From: a virus
Taxonomy: Duplodnaviria > Caudoviricetes
Direction: 5' to 3' (one strand)
DNA: 64,000 bases
Virus record (IMG/VR): IMGVR_UViG_3300018495_000076
Span: 1-64,000 of that record
Each line of letters starts with the position of its first letter. The first letter of the stretch is position 1. The position numbers were made by a program, and so were the translations under genes. The notes under the pieces were generated by a model. It did not search any database, was not told the DNA's origin, and was given only the letters and a program-made list of their open reading frames with translations. This document shows, one piece after another, positions 8,652-17,536 of the stretch.

Positions 8652-8780
8652 TGGTTGAGAGGGTTGGATTCGAACCAACGAGGCACAATGCCGATGGATT
8701 TACAGTCCAGAACATTGCTGCGTAGTCTCTATCAAGACTAACATAAGGCTCCATTGCGTTTACCACTTCGCCACCTCTCA
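8652..8780 (-). tRNA. tRNA-Tyr(GTA) with a 44-nt insertion in the anticodon stem (8708-8751)
   Basis: Removing the insert gives an 85-nt tRNA-Tyr with ATGGA-CT-GTA-AA-TCCAT. The insert holds hairpin TAGTCT/AGACTA followed by CGCAGCAA. Confidence 0.85.
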
Positions 8781-8785
8781 TTATT

Positions 8786-8906
8786 TGTTGCACGGAGTAG
8801 GATTCGAACCTACGGCACCAGGCACCCGAACGCATTGTAAATTTGCAGTTTAGGTTTATGTCTAAACCCAATTATTACTGTGCTCTACCAGCTGAGCTAT
8901 CCGTGC
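8786..8906 (-). tRNA. tRNA-like gene with a 44-nt anticodon-stem insertion (8834-8877); 8-nt loop GTTCGGGT, identity ambiguous (Arg TCG or Pro CGG); ends in ACA
   Basis: Acceptor GCACGGA/TCCGTGC, canonical D and T arms. CAG|GC rejoins to pair with GCCTG. The insert holds hairpin GGGTTTA/TAAACCT followed by AAACTGCAA. Confidence 0.7.
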
Positions 8907-8911
8907 ATATT

Positions 8912-9042
8912 AGGCGGGAAGGGCAAGATTCGAACTTGCGACCAACGGCTTAGCAGGCATTATCGTTAACATTGCTGTGTACGGCTTTACCAAGTCGCAT
9001 TGGTTGATGTTTACGTTGCTCTACCAACTGAGCTACCTTCCC
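8912..9042 (-). tRNA. tRNA(GCT anticodon, short variable loop) with a 55-nt anticodon-stem insertion (8959-9013); ends in CCT
   Basis: Acceptor GGGAAGG/CCTTCCC. ACG|GC-CT-GCT-AA-GCCGT after removal gives 76 nt. The insert holds hairpin TGCGACTT/AAGCCGTA followed by CACAGCAA. Confidence 0.75.
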
Positions 9043-9090
9043 AGGTCTCGATGAATCAATCATTTTGTTGTGTATCATCATCGTGAATTT

Positions 9091-9252
9091 ATTGTACCAT
9101 ACTTTATTTGATTTGTCAATAGTTCTTTCAATCTGTTTACAAATCGTTTACATTTGTTTATATTTTGGATTGATTTCCTATTGTGTTATCATTATAGCAC
9201 AATCATTTTGTTTTGTCAAGTACTATTTGTAAGCGTTAACATTTTGTTTACA
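9091..9252 (-). promoter_or_regulatory. Tandem sigma-A promoters driving the tRNA/ncRNA array, each with an upstream direct-repeat box
   Basis: TTGACA-17-TACAAT (9091-9119) and TTGACA-17-TATAAT (9191-9219), both with extended -10. Boxes at 9136-9152 and 9236-9252. Confidence 0.85.
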
Positions 9253-9255
9253 ATT

Positions 9256-9498
9256 TTACTCTTCGTCATTAGGACTCTGATCTACAATGAAGTCTTTAAT
9301 GCACATATAAATGTCTTTTGAACAACTTACATACAAATCTGCCCAACACATTCTTGCCGTAGCAGTAAACATCAAAGACTTCGCCGTAACTCTGCTTCCA
9401 AGTCCGTCCTCGATAAATACATCTTCCGGCACGGTCGATACATTTTTAACAAACTGAGCAATGTCATTCATTGTTTCTAAGTAAATTTTCTGTCTCAT
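9256..9498 (-). CDS. HPr/Crh-like protein
   Basis: 80 aa; RVTAKSLM resembles the HPr Ser46 motif V(N/D)AKSIMG; no His15 equivalent. Confidence 0.6.
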   Translation of the reverse strand: MRQKIYLETMNDIAQFVKNVSTVPEDVFIEDGLGSRVTAKSLMFTATARMCWADLYVSCSKDIYMCIKDFIVDQSPNDEE

Positions 9499-9538
9499 GC
9501 TGTTCACTCCTTTCTCAATCATTTTTGATTGTATGTTC

Positions 9539-9599
9539 ATTATATCATATATTTTCCAATTGTCAATATGTTTTTGTTATCGTTTACAATTCGTTTACA
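9539..9599 (-). promoter_or_regulatory. sigma-A promoter plus direct-repeat box
   Basis: TTGACA (9561-9566), TGaTATAAT (-10 at 9539-9544), TGTAAA-CGAAT-TGTAAA (9583-9599). Confidence 0.8.
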
Positions 9600-9662
9600 A
9601 TTATACCCCAAAGGGTGTGTTCCAATGGGGTATAATAGGTAATTATCACCGATAGGGTGTAA

Positions 9663-12600
9663 TTATAGAGTGGTTTTTCGAAGAGATTTCGTATCGTGCA
9701 GCCACTGTTGATAAGTCTTTAACTTTTCTACAAACAAATGGTTATCTTCTTTTCTTCCAAGAATACATAAACAACTGCCTTTAACAACAAAATCAGAATA
9801 CTCTTTCAGCTGTCTACTCCAAATTGTACCCTCAACAATTTGATTGTTGATACACAAGTCGATATATGCAAATGGATTGTTATTTTTATCTTTTTTTCGC
9901 TTAATGTCAACAATAACACATGGCACTATCGCTTTATCTCCATCGGGAATGTCATCCCATTCAATACCAATACGCGCATATGCTTCTTGTAAAGGGTTAT
10001 CAGTAATAAACATAGACAAACTTTGAAATTCCCACAAAAACTCATCCTGTGCATATTGCTCCTTAAAGTCTTGCATGTGCTTAGTGTACTTTTCTTTTTG
10101 TTGTTTTTCAAATAAGTCTTTCTTCTTCTGATTATAGATTGCCAAAACTGCGGTCTTATCTGTCTTTTTGCCAACTCGATAATCGTTAACATCAATTTCC
10201 CACTCGGTAAGTAACTTCAGCTTTGTCGGCAAAGAAGACACAGGAGTATATTCCTTAAATGTAAAGAGTGACTTAGCATATCTCTGCATCAATTTCATTT
10301 TATCACTAACTGGGAATGCCCCCGCTTTAATCAAAGCAATTGTGGCGGTTTTATCTTGAACCTTTGCTAAAAAATCATTAAAACTAGAATACGGCTGATT
10401 CTCAATAATTTTAGCAATTACAGACGATCCAATACCTTTAACTGCACCAAACCCAAACAGGATTTCTTTTTTGTCTGGATGTGCAGTAAAGCTATCACTA
10501 GATTCATTAATCTTTGGAGGAAGTACATTAACTTCTAGTCTGTGACAATCATTAATAATTGAACTCAACTTTTCAGTTCTATCTGATTTTGCCGTCAATA
10601 GTGCAGTCATAAATTCAACAGGATAATAAACCTTCAGCCACGCCGTCAAATAAGACAACAAACTGTACGCGACAGCGTGCCCACGATTAAAACTGTACTC
10701 TGCTTGCTTCGATATTAAAGCCCACACATCTTCAATCTGTTGTTCTGTCCACTGTTTACTGTCTAAACCATCCTTAAATTCTGTATATAAGGACGCCATC
10801 ACATCTTTCTTCTTTTTTCCAATTGCACGTCTTGCGGTATCTTGCTTTTCTTCTGGAAACCCTGCATAGGCAAACAGATGGAGTGCGTCTTCCTGGTATA
10901 AGAGAATTGAGTGTGTTTTCTTGAACAACTCATCTAAGTCTGGATGAATACTCTTTATCTCCTCTGGATGTAATTTGTTCTTGCAATAATCGGGAAAACT
11001 ATCTTTTGTGCCTGGTCTATTACTTGCATTAACAGCGATAACATCTTCTATGTTATCAACATGTGCATTAATACTCATTGTCCTTGCTTCTTGTGATTCA
11101 AACTGGAAAATACCAATTGTGTTACCAGAACTATAAACCTCATCGAATACTTTTTTATCATCAAGATTTAAGTGGTTAATATCAACATCTTTCCAAGTCA
11201 AACCAGTCAACCTCAAAGTGTCATCAACAATGTCCAAATTCTCCAATCCCAGATAGTCCATCTTACAATACCCAAGAGAATCCATCGCTGCATGCATTTC
11301 CAATTGTGCCATTACATTTTTGTCGTTGTCAAGACACAGAGGCATATGTTCTATGACCGGGTGTGGTGTAATTAAAGTAGCACTTGCGTGTCTACCTCTC
11401 GACTTAGGAAGCCCCTCAAGTTCCATAACATACTTAAACCACAAAGGAAACTGCTTATATATCTTGTCGAGCTTTTCATTTTTACCAACCAACTCTTTAA
11501 GCAACACTTCTTTTTCTTCTTCTTCACCAAGGTCACTTAAAGTTTTAACGGTAGGTATCATCTTGGCAACTTCATCCCTCATAGAATAAGAAATCTGCCC
11601 AAAATAAGGACTACTCTCTTTCTCGTTAAGAACCTTGCCAATATCTTTAATGGCCACTTTGGTACTCAAAGTATTAAATGTAGCAATTGGTGCGACATTC
11701 TCCTTACCAAACAATTCCTCAGTTAGCTCAATTATTTCTTTTCTTCTTCGTTTACTAATATCCCAGTCGAAGTCTGCAAGGCTACCAATACGACCCATGT
11801 TTGCAAAACGAGAAAAGTCCAAATCCCAACGCACACTATCAATCTGAGTAACGCCAAGCAAAAATAAACATAAGCAATTTGCTCCTGATCCTCTAGAGTA
11901 ACCCCTTGGCAACTCTCTTTTATCTGCTTCTTGAGCAATCATATACAACATGATAAAATAGTCCGTATAATCTAAAGCATTAATGACCGGTAACTCCCGC
12001 TCAAGTCTATCTCGTCTAATTTTCTGATCCTTTGTAGACATCCAACCAAACTTTTCATCAAAAGATTTAAAAACCAAGTAATGAAGATATTCTTCGTGAG
12101 ATGAGTATTCTGCTGGTACATCTACAACTGGTGTAATACTACCATGCCCAACACCATAATCAATGTTATCATCAACCATGTTGGCAATTTTTACAGTTTC
12201 GTCAATGCCTTTCTGAATAACCTCTTGAGAATTCCATCCACTCAAATATTGATATACATCTTTTTCGGTTTGCAAATGACATCCTGCATAAATTTCTCCT
12301 GCTTCACGACCCTCTCCAATTTCAACAAAAATAGAATGAGTATCAAGTTGGTCTGCATTTAACATATGTGCGTCAGTAGTAATAACATATGGAAGTCCAT
12401 TATCTTTTGCAAAATTATAAATTGCAGTATTGCATGACAACTGTTCCTCGGTAGGATGTGATTGAATCTCAAGTGATACATAATCAAATGTATCTTTAAG
12501 TAAATCAACATACTCTTTCGTTTCTTGAACTTTTCCATTCTCAAGATATCTACTCACACGCCCTGCTTGACAAGCAGTAAGACAAATAATACCCTCTCCA

Positions 12601-12992
12601 AGATTATTGTTATTAATCCAAGAGATAGATACCCTTGGCTTTCCATAGAATCCAGTTGTTGCAGCCTCACTTACAATCTTGAATAAATTTTTAAGACCTT
12701 GTTGTGTTTTAACAATTAACAATAGGTGATATCTTGGCTGTTTATACTCTTTAGTGTCTTGCTTTTCTAGGTAGTTGTCTACCTCATAAATCTCACAAGC
12801 CACAATGGGTTTAACTCCATGTTTGTTACACAACTCTACTTGATTGACAAACCCATGCATAGTCCCATGGTCTGAAACTGCAATAGCCGGCTGATTGTTG
12901 TCAGCAGCATATTTAACAATTTGCTCTACTGTTAAAATAGAGTCTAACAATGACCCAAGTGCTGAGTGCACATGCAAATTAACAAAACTCAC
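9663..12992 (-). CDS. dnaE: DNA polymerase III alpha subunit (family C)
   Basis: PHP domain LHVHS..SLLDS, SDHG; RGSGANCL; catalytic DFDWD; KMDYLGL; GIFQFES; YSFNRGHAVAYS; C-terminal OB fold. GTG start after AGGAGG. Confidence 0.95.
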   Translation of the reverse strand: MSFVNLHVHSALGSLLDSILTVEQIVKYAADNNQPAIAVSDHGTMHGFVNQVELCNKHGVKPIVACEIYEVDNYLEKQDTKEYKQPRYHLLLIVKTQQGLKNLFKIVSEAATTGFYGKPRVSISWINNNNLGEGIICLTACQAGRVSRYLENGKVQETKEYVDLLKDTFDYVSLEIQSHPTEEQLSCNTAIYNFAKDNGLPYVITTDAHMLNADQLDTHSIFVEIGEGREAGEIYAGCHLQTEKDVYQYLSGWNSQEVIQKGIDETVKIANMVDDNIDYGVGHGSITPVVDVPAEYSSHEEYLHYLVFKSFDEKFGWMSTKDQKIRRDRLERELPVINALDYTDYFIMLYMIAQEADKRELPRGYSRGSGANCLCLFLLGVTQIDSVRWDLDFSRFANMGRIGSLADFDWDISKRRRKEIIELTEELFGKENVAPIATFNTLSTKVAIKDIGKVLNEKESSPYFGQISYSMRDEVAKMIPTVKTLSDLGEEEEKEVLLKELVGKNEKLDKIYKQFPLWFKYVMELEGLPKSRGRHASATLITPHPVIEHMPLCLDNDKNVMAQLEMHAAMDSLGYCKMDYLGLENLDIVDDTLRLTGLTWKDVDINHLNLDDKKVFDEVYSSGNTIGIFQFESQEARTMSINAHVDNIEDVIAVNASNRPGTKDSFPDYCKNKLHPEEIKSIHPDLDELFKKTHSILLYQEDALHLFAYAGFPEEKQDTARRAIGKKKKDVMASLYTEFKDGLDSKQWTEQQIEDVWALISKQAEYSFNRGHAVAYSLLSYLTAWLKVYYPVEFMTALLTAKSDRTEKLSSIINDCHRLEVNVLPPKINESSDSFTAHPDKKEILFGFGAVKGIGSSVIAKIIENQPYSSFNDFLAKVQDKTATIALIKAGAFPVSDKMKLMQRYAKSLFTFKEYTPVSSLPTKLKLLTEWEIDVNDYRVGKKTDKTAVLAIYNQKKKDLFEKQQKEKYTKHMQDFKEQYAQDEFLWEFQSLSMFITDNPLQEAYARIGIEWDDIPDGDKAIVPCVIVDIKRKKDKNNNPFAYIDLCINNQIVEGTIWSRQLKEYSDFVVKGSCLCILGRKEDNHLFVEKLKTYQQWLHDTKSLRKTTL

Positions 12993-13091
12993 TACTTTTA
13001 TCCTCCTAATCATTGTGTTGCGTAATTATGATAATACCAAAGTACCTAATTTGTCAAGATACTTTGGTATTAATTCACATTTTATTTACAA

Positions 13092-14219
13092 TTACATTGC
13101 TATAACCAATTTTTCACTGGCACGTGTCATACCTGTGTATAGCCAACGCAAATATTGCTCTCGATCATTGCCTAAATATTCATTGAAAAGAACAACTTTT
13201 TCATACTGGCTGCCTTGGCTTTTGTGAACAGTGGTACAATACGCATAATCAAATTCCATCGGTCTGATTTCCTTTGGATACATCTTCCAATTATCCTGAT
13301 TTACCGTTGGTTTACCATCTACAAACAACTTGTAGTCCATACTCAAGTCCACAAACCAATCATTATAATCTGTATCAAAATTGGCAACCATTTTTGGCTT
13401 TAAATAAAAAGTATCTTCCTTTCTAATATTGCTAATCGTTCCAATTGATCCATTAACCAAATCACCAACAGCCCACTGGTTTTTAAGACAAATGCATTTA
13501 TCTCCATTAATCGGTTCGTCAACATATCGATTTCCCCAATGAGCACGTCTAATACGATTATTTAATGAAAATCTTGTTACATTCTTCCCACACAAAACCA
13601 TATCTGCCGTCACAAGCAACTTATCAGCAATATTATCCTTGGGTACAATGCGTACATCCTTACCCTTGAAGTAATTTAAGTACTTACCTTCTCGTACATC
13701 CATAGATAACCGAATAATTTCACTATCTTGAGCTTGTCGCATAATTTCATCGAGAAAGATGTGAGGATGTTGCAAAACTCCATTGTCCTCTGCGATAGGA
13801 GGTAATTGAAATGGATCTCCTAGGCATATGATATGAATACCCCACTTCATCAAGATGTCCCATTGAGATTTTTCTAACATCGAAACTTCATCTATTACGA
13901 TTAGTTTAAGTGCTTTTTCTGGCTTCTCTCTTGGAGTATGTACGAAGGTACCATCTGGTAATTCGGTTGTGTGATACAAAAGTTTGTGTGCTGTTGTTGC
14001 ATCTGGACAACCTTTGTTTTTTAAAACTAACGCTGCCCTACCAGTATATGCTACATACGCTATTTTGTTTTTTGGAATATTAAGTTCTTGGATAATAAAT
14101 TGCACAAGAGTAGACTTTCCAGTGCCTGCAAACCCGGCTATTACTGTAAATGGTTCCTTATTCTTATATCTAGAAATTGCCAATCTAAGACCTTTTTCTT
14201 GCTTGTCAGTTAATATCAC
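13092..14219 (-). CDS. SF1B RecD/Dda-like DNA helicase
   Basis: Walker A GFAGTGKST, DEVSM, GDPFQLPP, TVHKSQGSQY, LYTGMTRA. Confidence 0.92.
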   Translation of the reverse strand: MILTDKQEKGLRLAISRYKNKEPFTVIAGFAGTGKSTLVQFIIQELNIPKNKIAYVAYTGRAALVLKNKGCPDATTAHKLLYHTTELPDGTFVHTPREKPEKALKLIVIDEVSMLEKSQWDILMKWGIHIICLGDPFQLPPIAEDNGVLQHPHIFLDEIMRQAQDSEIIRLSMDVREGKYLNYFKGKDVRIVPKDNIADKLLVTADMVLCGKNVTRFSLNNRIRRAHWGNRYVDEPINGDKCICLKNQWAVGDLVNGSIGTISNIRKEDTFYLKPKMVANFDTDYNDWFVDLSMDYKLFVDGKPTVNQDNWKMYPKEIRPMEFDYAYCTTVHKSQGSQYEKVVLFNEYLGNDREQYLRWLYTGMTRASEKLVIAM

Positions 14220-14222
14220 AGT

Positions 14223-15077
14223 TTACTTTCTCTCTTTCTGTTGTATATCAACATTACTCTTATCATTTGTTATTACTTCATAATCTTCTTTATATACCCA
14301 ACGAAAGCCTCCGGCTGTTTTGCGCTCACCACGGCAACAAGCCGTTATTGAAGTTCCAAAAGTATTTAATGTCTGTGCCGCACAAGTCGCACTACAAAAA
14401 CTATCAACAAACTCGCCATCCTTTGTGAGTTGTACAACTTGTTTTGCCACTGGACTTTTTTCACCCCTTTTGGAATCACCAATTCTCTTACAAGTTTCTT
14501 TAGAAAAATGTTTTCCGTAATTATGTGACTTCTCTCCCTTTTGTGCCTCACTCATTTTCTTACGAGTTTCTTCGGATAACCGTTTCCCTTTATGCGATTC
14601 ACTCATTCTCTTGCGAGTTTCTTCGGAGATATTTTTGTTAGCTTCACTAATTTTCTGACGGGTTTCTTGGGTGTGACATTTCCCATACATTGGATTGTTC
14701 TCACCAGCAAGTTTGTGGTTGCCATAATTAGGATTATTTTTTCCAGTGCGCAATTGTGCTACTTTACTCAAATGCACTTTTATTTCCTCGTACTCTTCAG
14801 GACTTAGTTCATATCTTTGATGTGTATTAGATCTAAGAAGTGCCATGCAAGTATATGCGTACACTAAACTATTATTGTTTGGATTTTCTTGTGCTAATAA
14901 TTTGTGTGCAATAAAATGTTCTCTTGCAAATAAATCAATTAAATTATCTGTGGCATTATCACCACCCATACATCTTGGAGTAATATGATGTTGTTCATGA
15001 TATTCATCCCCACATCCAAACCTACCCCTAGTGTCTATAATATTTTGTATATATTCTTTATATGTCATATCGTTCAA
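14223..15077 (-). CDS. HNH homing endonuclease with NUMOD3 repeats and a NUMOD1-like domain
   Basis: EQHHITPRCMGG..NLIDL..REHFIAHKLL; repeated SEETRKKMSE.KG; C-terminal TAGGFRW. Confidence 0.88.
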   Translation of the reverse strand: MNDMTYKEYIQNIIDTRGRFGCGDEYHEQHHITPRCMGGDNATDNLIDLFAREHFIAHKLLAQENPNNNSLVYAYTCMALLRSNTHQRYELSPEEYEEIKVHLSKVAQLRTGKNNPNYGNHKLAGENNPMYGKCHTQETRQKISEANKNISEETRKRMSESHKGKRLSEETRKKMSEAQKGEKSHNYGKHFSKETCKRIGDSKRGEKSPVAKQVVQLTKDGEFVDSFCSATCAAQTLNTFGTSITACCRGERKTAGGFRWVYKEDYEVITNDKSNVDIQQKERK

Positions 15078-15099
15078 AACTTAATCCTTTTATTTTCTT

Positions 15100-16845
15100 T
15101 TATCTCACAATCTCTAAATCTTTAATATTAACCTGCCCAGTAGTTATGTTATTAAAATTACTCACTTCCAAGGTTCCAACAACATTAATCTCTACAGTAG
15201 CATTTTCATCCCAATTATTCATAAGCCAATCATATAATTCATTGCTGTTATCAACCTTAAATTGTACATATTTTACAGGGTGGTCTTCCCATGTGATTTG
15301 AATCGTATCACTGTTTTTCCCACATATTCTTGCGCTTTTATTGTCAACAACCAAGCCTTTAATAGCAAACAATGGTTCTTCAACTTCTTTGGCCCATAAT
15401 GTTTTGTATTCATCTACGGCTTTACACAAGAAAAAGTCCACATTATTCGCGTCAATCTCAAAATCCACCGCATAAACTTTTCTGAAATCCATATCTGCAA
15501 GTTGCCGATTAAACCATTCTTGTGCCTTAGATATATTCTCTTCGGCAATCTCAATTCCGAAAGCACTATTATGACCCTGTGCCAAAGCCACATACGGACA
15601 ACTCTCAGTGAATCCTCTAAAGTCTTCAATCGGACAATAATCAAATGCTCTGCCTGATCCACCAAACACACTTGGATTGTCTGCTCGTCTTCTGAGCAAT
15701 AATATAGGCTTGTTAAACACCTCTGCCGTCTTGATTGCAACCAGACCAGTTAATGCTTGTTCCAACTCTTCGGTACAATCACACACAATCACTTTGTCGT
15801 GTAATGACTGTGCTTCAATTTTATCTTTCAGTGCCTTAAATCCTTTCTCTTTTTGTCTATCCTGTTTGCCTTTGTAAGACTTCATTATTCTCACACAATG
15901 CTGATAAATATTCTCTTGGATGGGAGTTGATTCACCTCGTTTGGTATACTCAAACATTTCTGACTCATCCTCACAAAACGCCCTCAGTAACAATTTCTTA
16001 TCTTCTGCTGTACCCATGCGAATATATGAGTTAATTAACGGTGCTACATAAAAAGCCACAGTAAAGGGAGAAATAATACCTTTTGTGCTAAAACTTTGGG
16101 CGTCAAAAATTTCTAACATCATTTTATTACGAATATTTGAAAGTCCAAATGCAACTTCTCTACGAGTTGCAATATCTTTTAATGACATAACATCTGCAAT
16201 ATTTGCAATTGCAACAAGATCATCATAATTGCTGGCATAATCAGTCCAATAAAAGTCATCAAGTGCTCTACATAGTTCTCTTGTAATAGCACACCCACAA
16301 TATGATTTGTTTGGATAATTTTCAGAAGTTTGATTGTTAATAACAACTGCACCACTTTCGATGTTTTTATAGCCATCTTCGGAGCATTCATGGTGGTCAG
16401 TAATAATCACATCAATGCCTCGTGTCTTTAATTCCAAGCATTGCTTAAAATCATTTGAGGCAGCATCTGGAATCCACAACAATCTTGTGTCATTGGGCAA
16501 CTCAAAATCTCCAGACAATCCGTGGCTTTTTGGATTGTCATGCACTACAATTTCGACTGGATAATTTTTATCCAAATCCTTAATATACTGACGCGCCACT
16601 GTAGCAGAGCATAATCCGTCTGTATCATTGTCAGCAAGAATTGCAATCTTGTTTCTACTTGAAAAATGTTTGTCAAATAAATCTACTGCTTTATCAATGT
16701 GATCTAGCAATCTCCAGTCTTCCGACCCTTGTGTTTTTGTGCAATTCAAATATTCTTTCGGATTTTCAATCCCTCTATTTCTTAGCACAGTGCCAACTAT
16801 ATCTGTAGTGTCATTTGCGCTGTTGTTAATAAGTTTATATCGCAA
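15100..16845 (-). CDS. recJ: RecJ-like DHH/DHHA1 ssDNA exonuclease
   Basis: DNDTDG, ITDHH, IADVM, PLINSYIRMG, GSGR, GHNSAFG. Confidence 0.9.
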   Translation of the reverse strand: MRYKLINNSANDTTDIVGTVLRNRGIENPKEYLNCTKTQGSEDWRLLDHIDKAVDLFDKHFSSRNKIAILADNDTDGLCSATVARQYIKDLDKNYPVEIVVHDNPKSHGLSGDFELPNDTRLLWIPDAASNDFKQCLELKTRGIDVIITDHHECSEDGYKNIESGAVVINNQTSENYPNKSYCGCAITRELCRALDDFYWTDYASNYDDLVAIANIADVMSLKDIATRREVAFGLSNIRNKMMLEIFDAQSFSTKGIISPFTVAFYVAPLINSYIRMGTAEDKKLLLRAFCEDESEMFEYTKRGESTPIQENIYQHCVRIMKSYKGKQDRQKEKGFKALKDKIEAQSLHDKVIVCDCTEELEQALTGLVAIKTAEVFNKPILLLRRRADNPSVFGGSGRAFDYCPIEDFRGFTESCPYVALAQGHNSAFGIEIAEENISKAQEWFNRQLADMDFRKVYAVDFEIDANNVDFFLCKAVDEYKTLWAKEVEEPLFAIKGLVVDNKSARICGKNSDTIQITWEDHPVKYVQFKVDNSNELYDWLMNNWDENATVEINVVGTLEVSNFNNITTGQVNIKDLEIVR

Positions 16846-16848
16846 CTT

Positions 16849-17286
16849 TTATCCCTCCAGTTCATTTAACCTTTTTTCAATCTCATTAAGTTGCTCTTCT
16901 GTGTCTCTGTCCTTGCAACTAATCGACCAATAAGTTGTACTTTGCCAGGTGGTATATTTGTAATACCATTTATTATCCTTTAACTTGTAAATGCAATCAC
17001 TTCCTTGTATTTCTGTTACACCAAGCTGATTTGCCTTGTCTCGCAGTTCATTATATTTTTGCAATTTCTGATTAAATTTAAGAATTCTCTTGGCTGCCGG
17101 AACACCACCCTTCTTGCTTTCTTGCTCAAACTCTGCACACACGGTTTCGCGTGTAATATAACAACAGTGCTTATAGCACCATCTTTCAGTCTTAGCGACA
17201 TCATAATGAGCCGCATGTTGTTCTGGTCTTTTAGGCTTATTTGAGTGCACACAATTACCACAACAATTTGCAAATGTTAAATTCAT
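16849..17286 (-). CDS. Hypothetical Cys-rich protein
   Basis: CCGNCVH motif; in-operon ORF. Confidence 0.7.
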   Translation of the reverse strand: MNLTFANCCGNCVHSNKPKRPEQHAAHYDVAKTERWCYKHCCYITRETVCAEFEQESKKGGVPAAKRILKFNQKLQKYNELRDKANQLGVTEIQGSDCIYKLKDNKWYYKYTTWQSTTYWSISCKDRDTEEQLNEIEKRLNELEG

Positions 17287-17489
17287 TCTTGTACCTCAAC
17301 TTCCTCATAAACAAGTCTTGGATAAACATCATGTAAATCAACCATTTTCTTACACTTGTTGCATGTATGATAATACATAGTAGGATATATAGCAACGCTA
17401 AAACCGCTACCGTTATACTTAAACTCGCCACCACATTCACAATACATATGTTCGGTATATACTTTTGTTTCTACTCGTTTCGTTTTCAT
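17283..17489 (-). CDS. Small zinc-ribbon protein
   Basis: CECGG...CNKC; GGAGG RBS. Confidence 0.65.
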   Translation of the reverse strand: MKTKRVETKVYTEHMYCECGGEFKYNGSGFSVAIYPTMYYHTCNKCKKMVDLHDVYPRLVYEEVEVQE

Positions 17490-17536
17490 TTCGTTTCCTC
17501 CTAAAAATTTCGTATAAATTTCGTATTTATTGCGTT

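Noticed and set aside
8652-9042. Group I/II or BHB-type introns in the tRNAs
   Set aside because: Inserts of 44-55 nt are far too short for self-splicing introns, and I could not see a clear bulge-helix-bulge at the junctions.
9663-12992. Intein or intron in dnaE or the helicases
   Set aside because: Lengths are normal and no intein splicing or LAGLIDADG motifs are visible. The HNH gene at 14223-15077 is free-standing.
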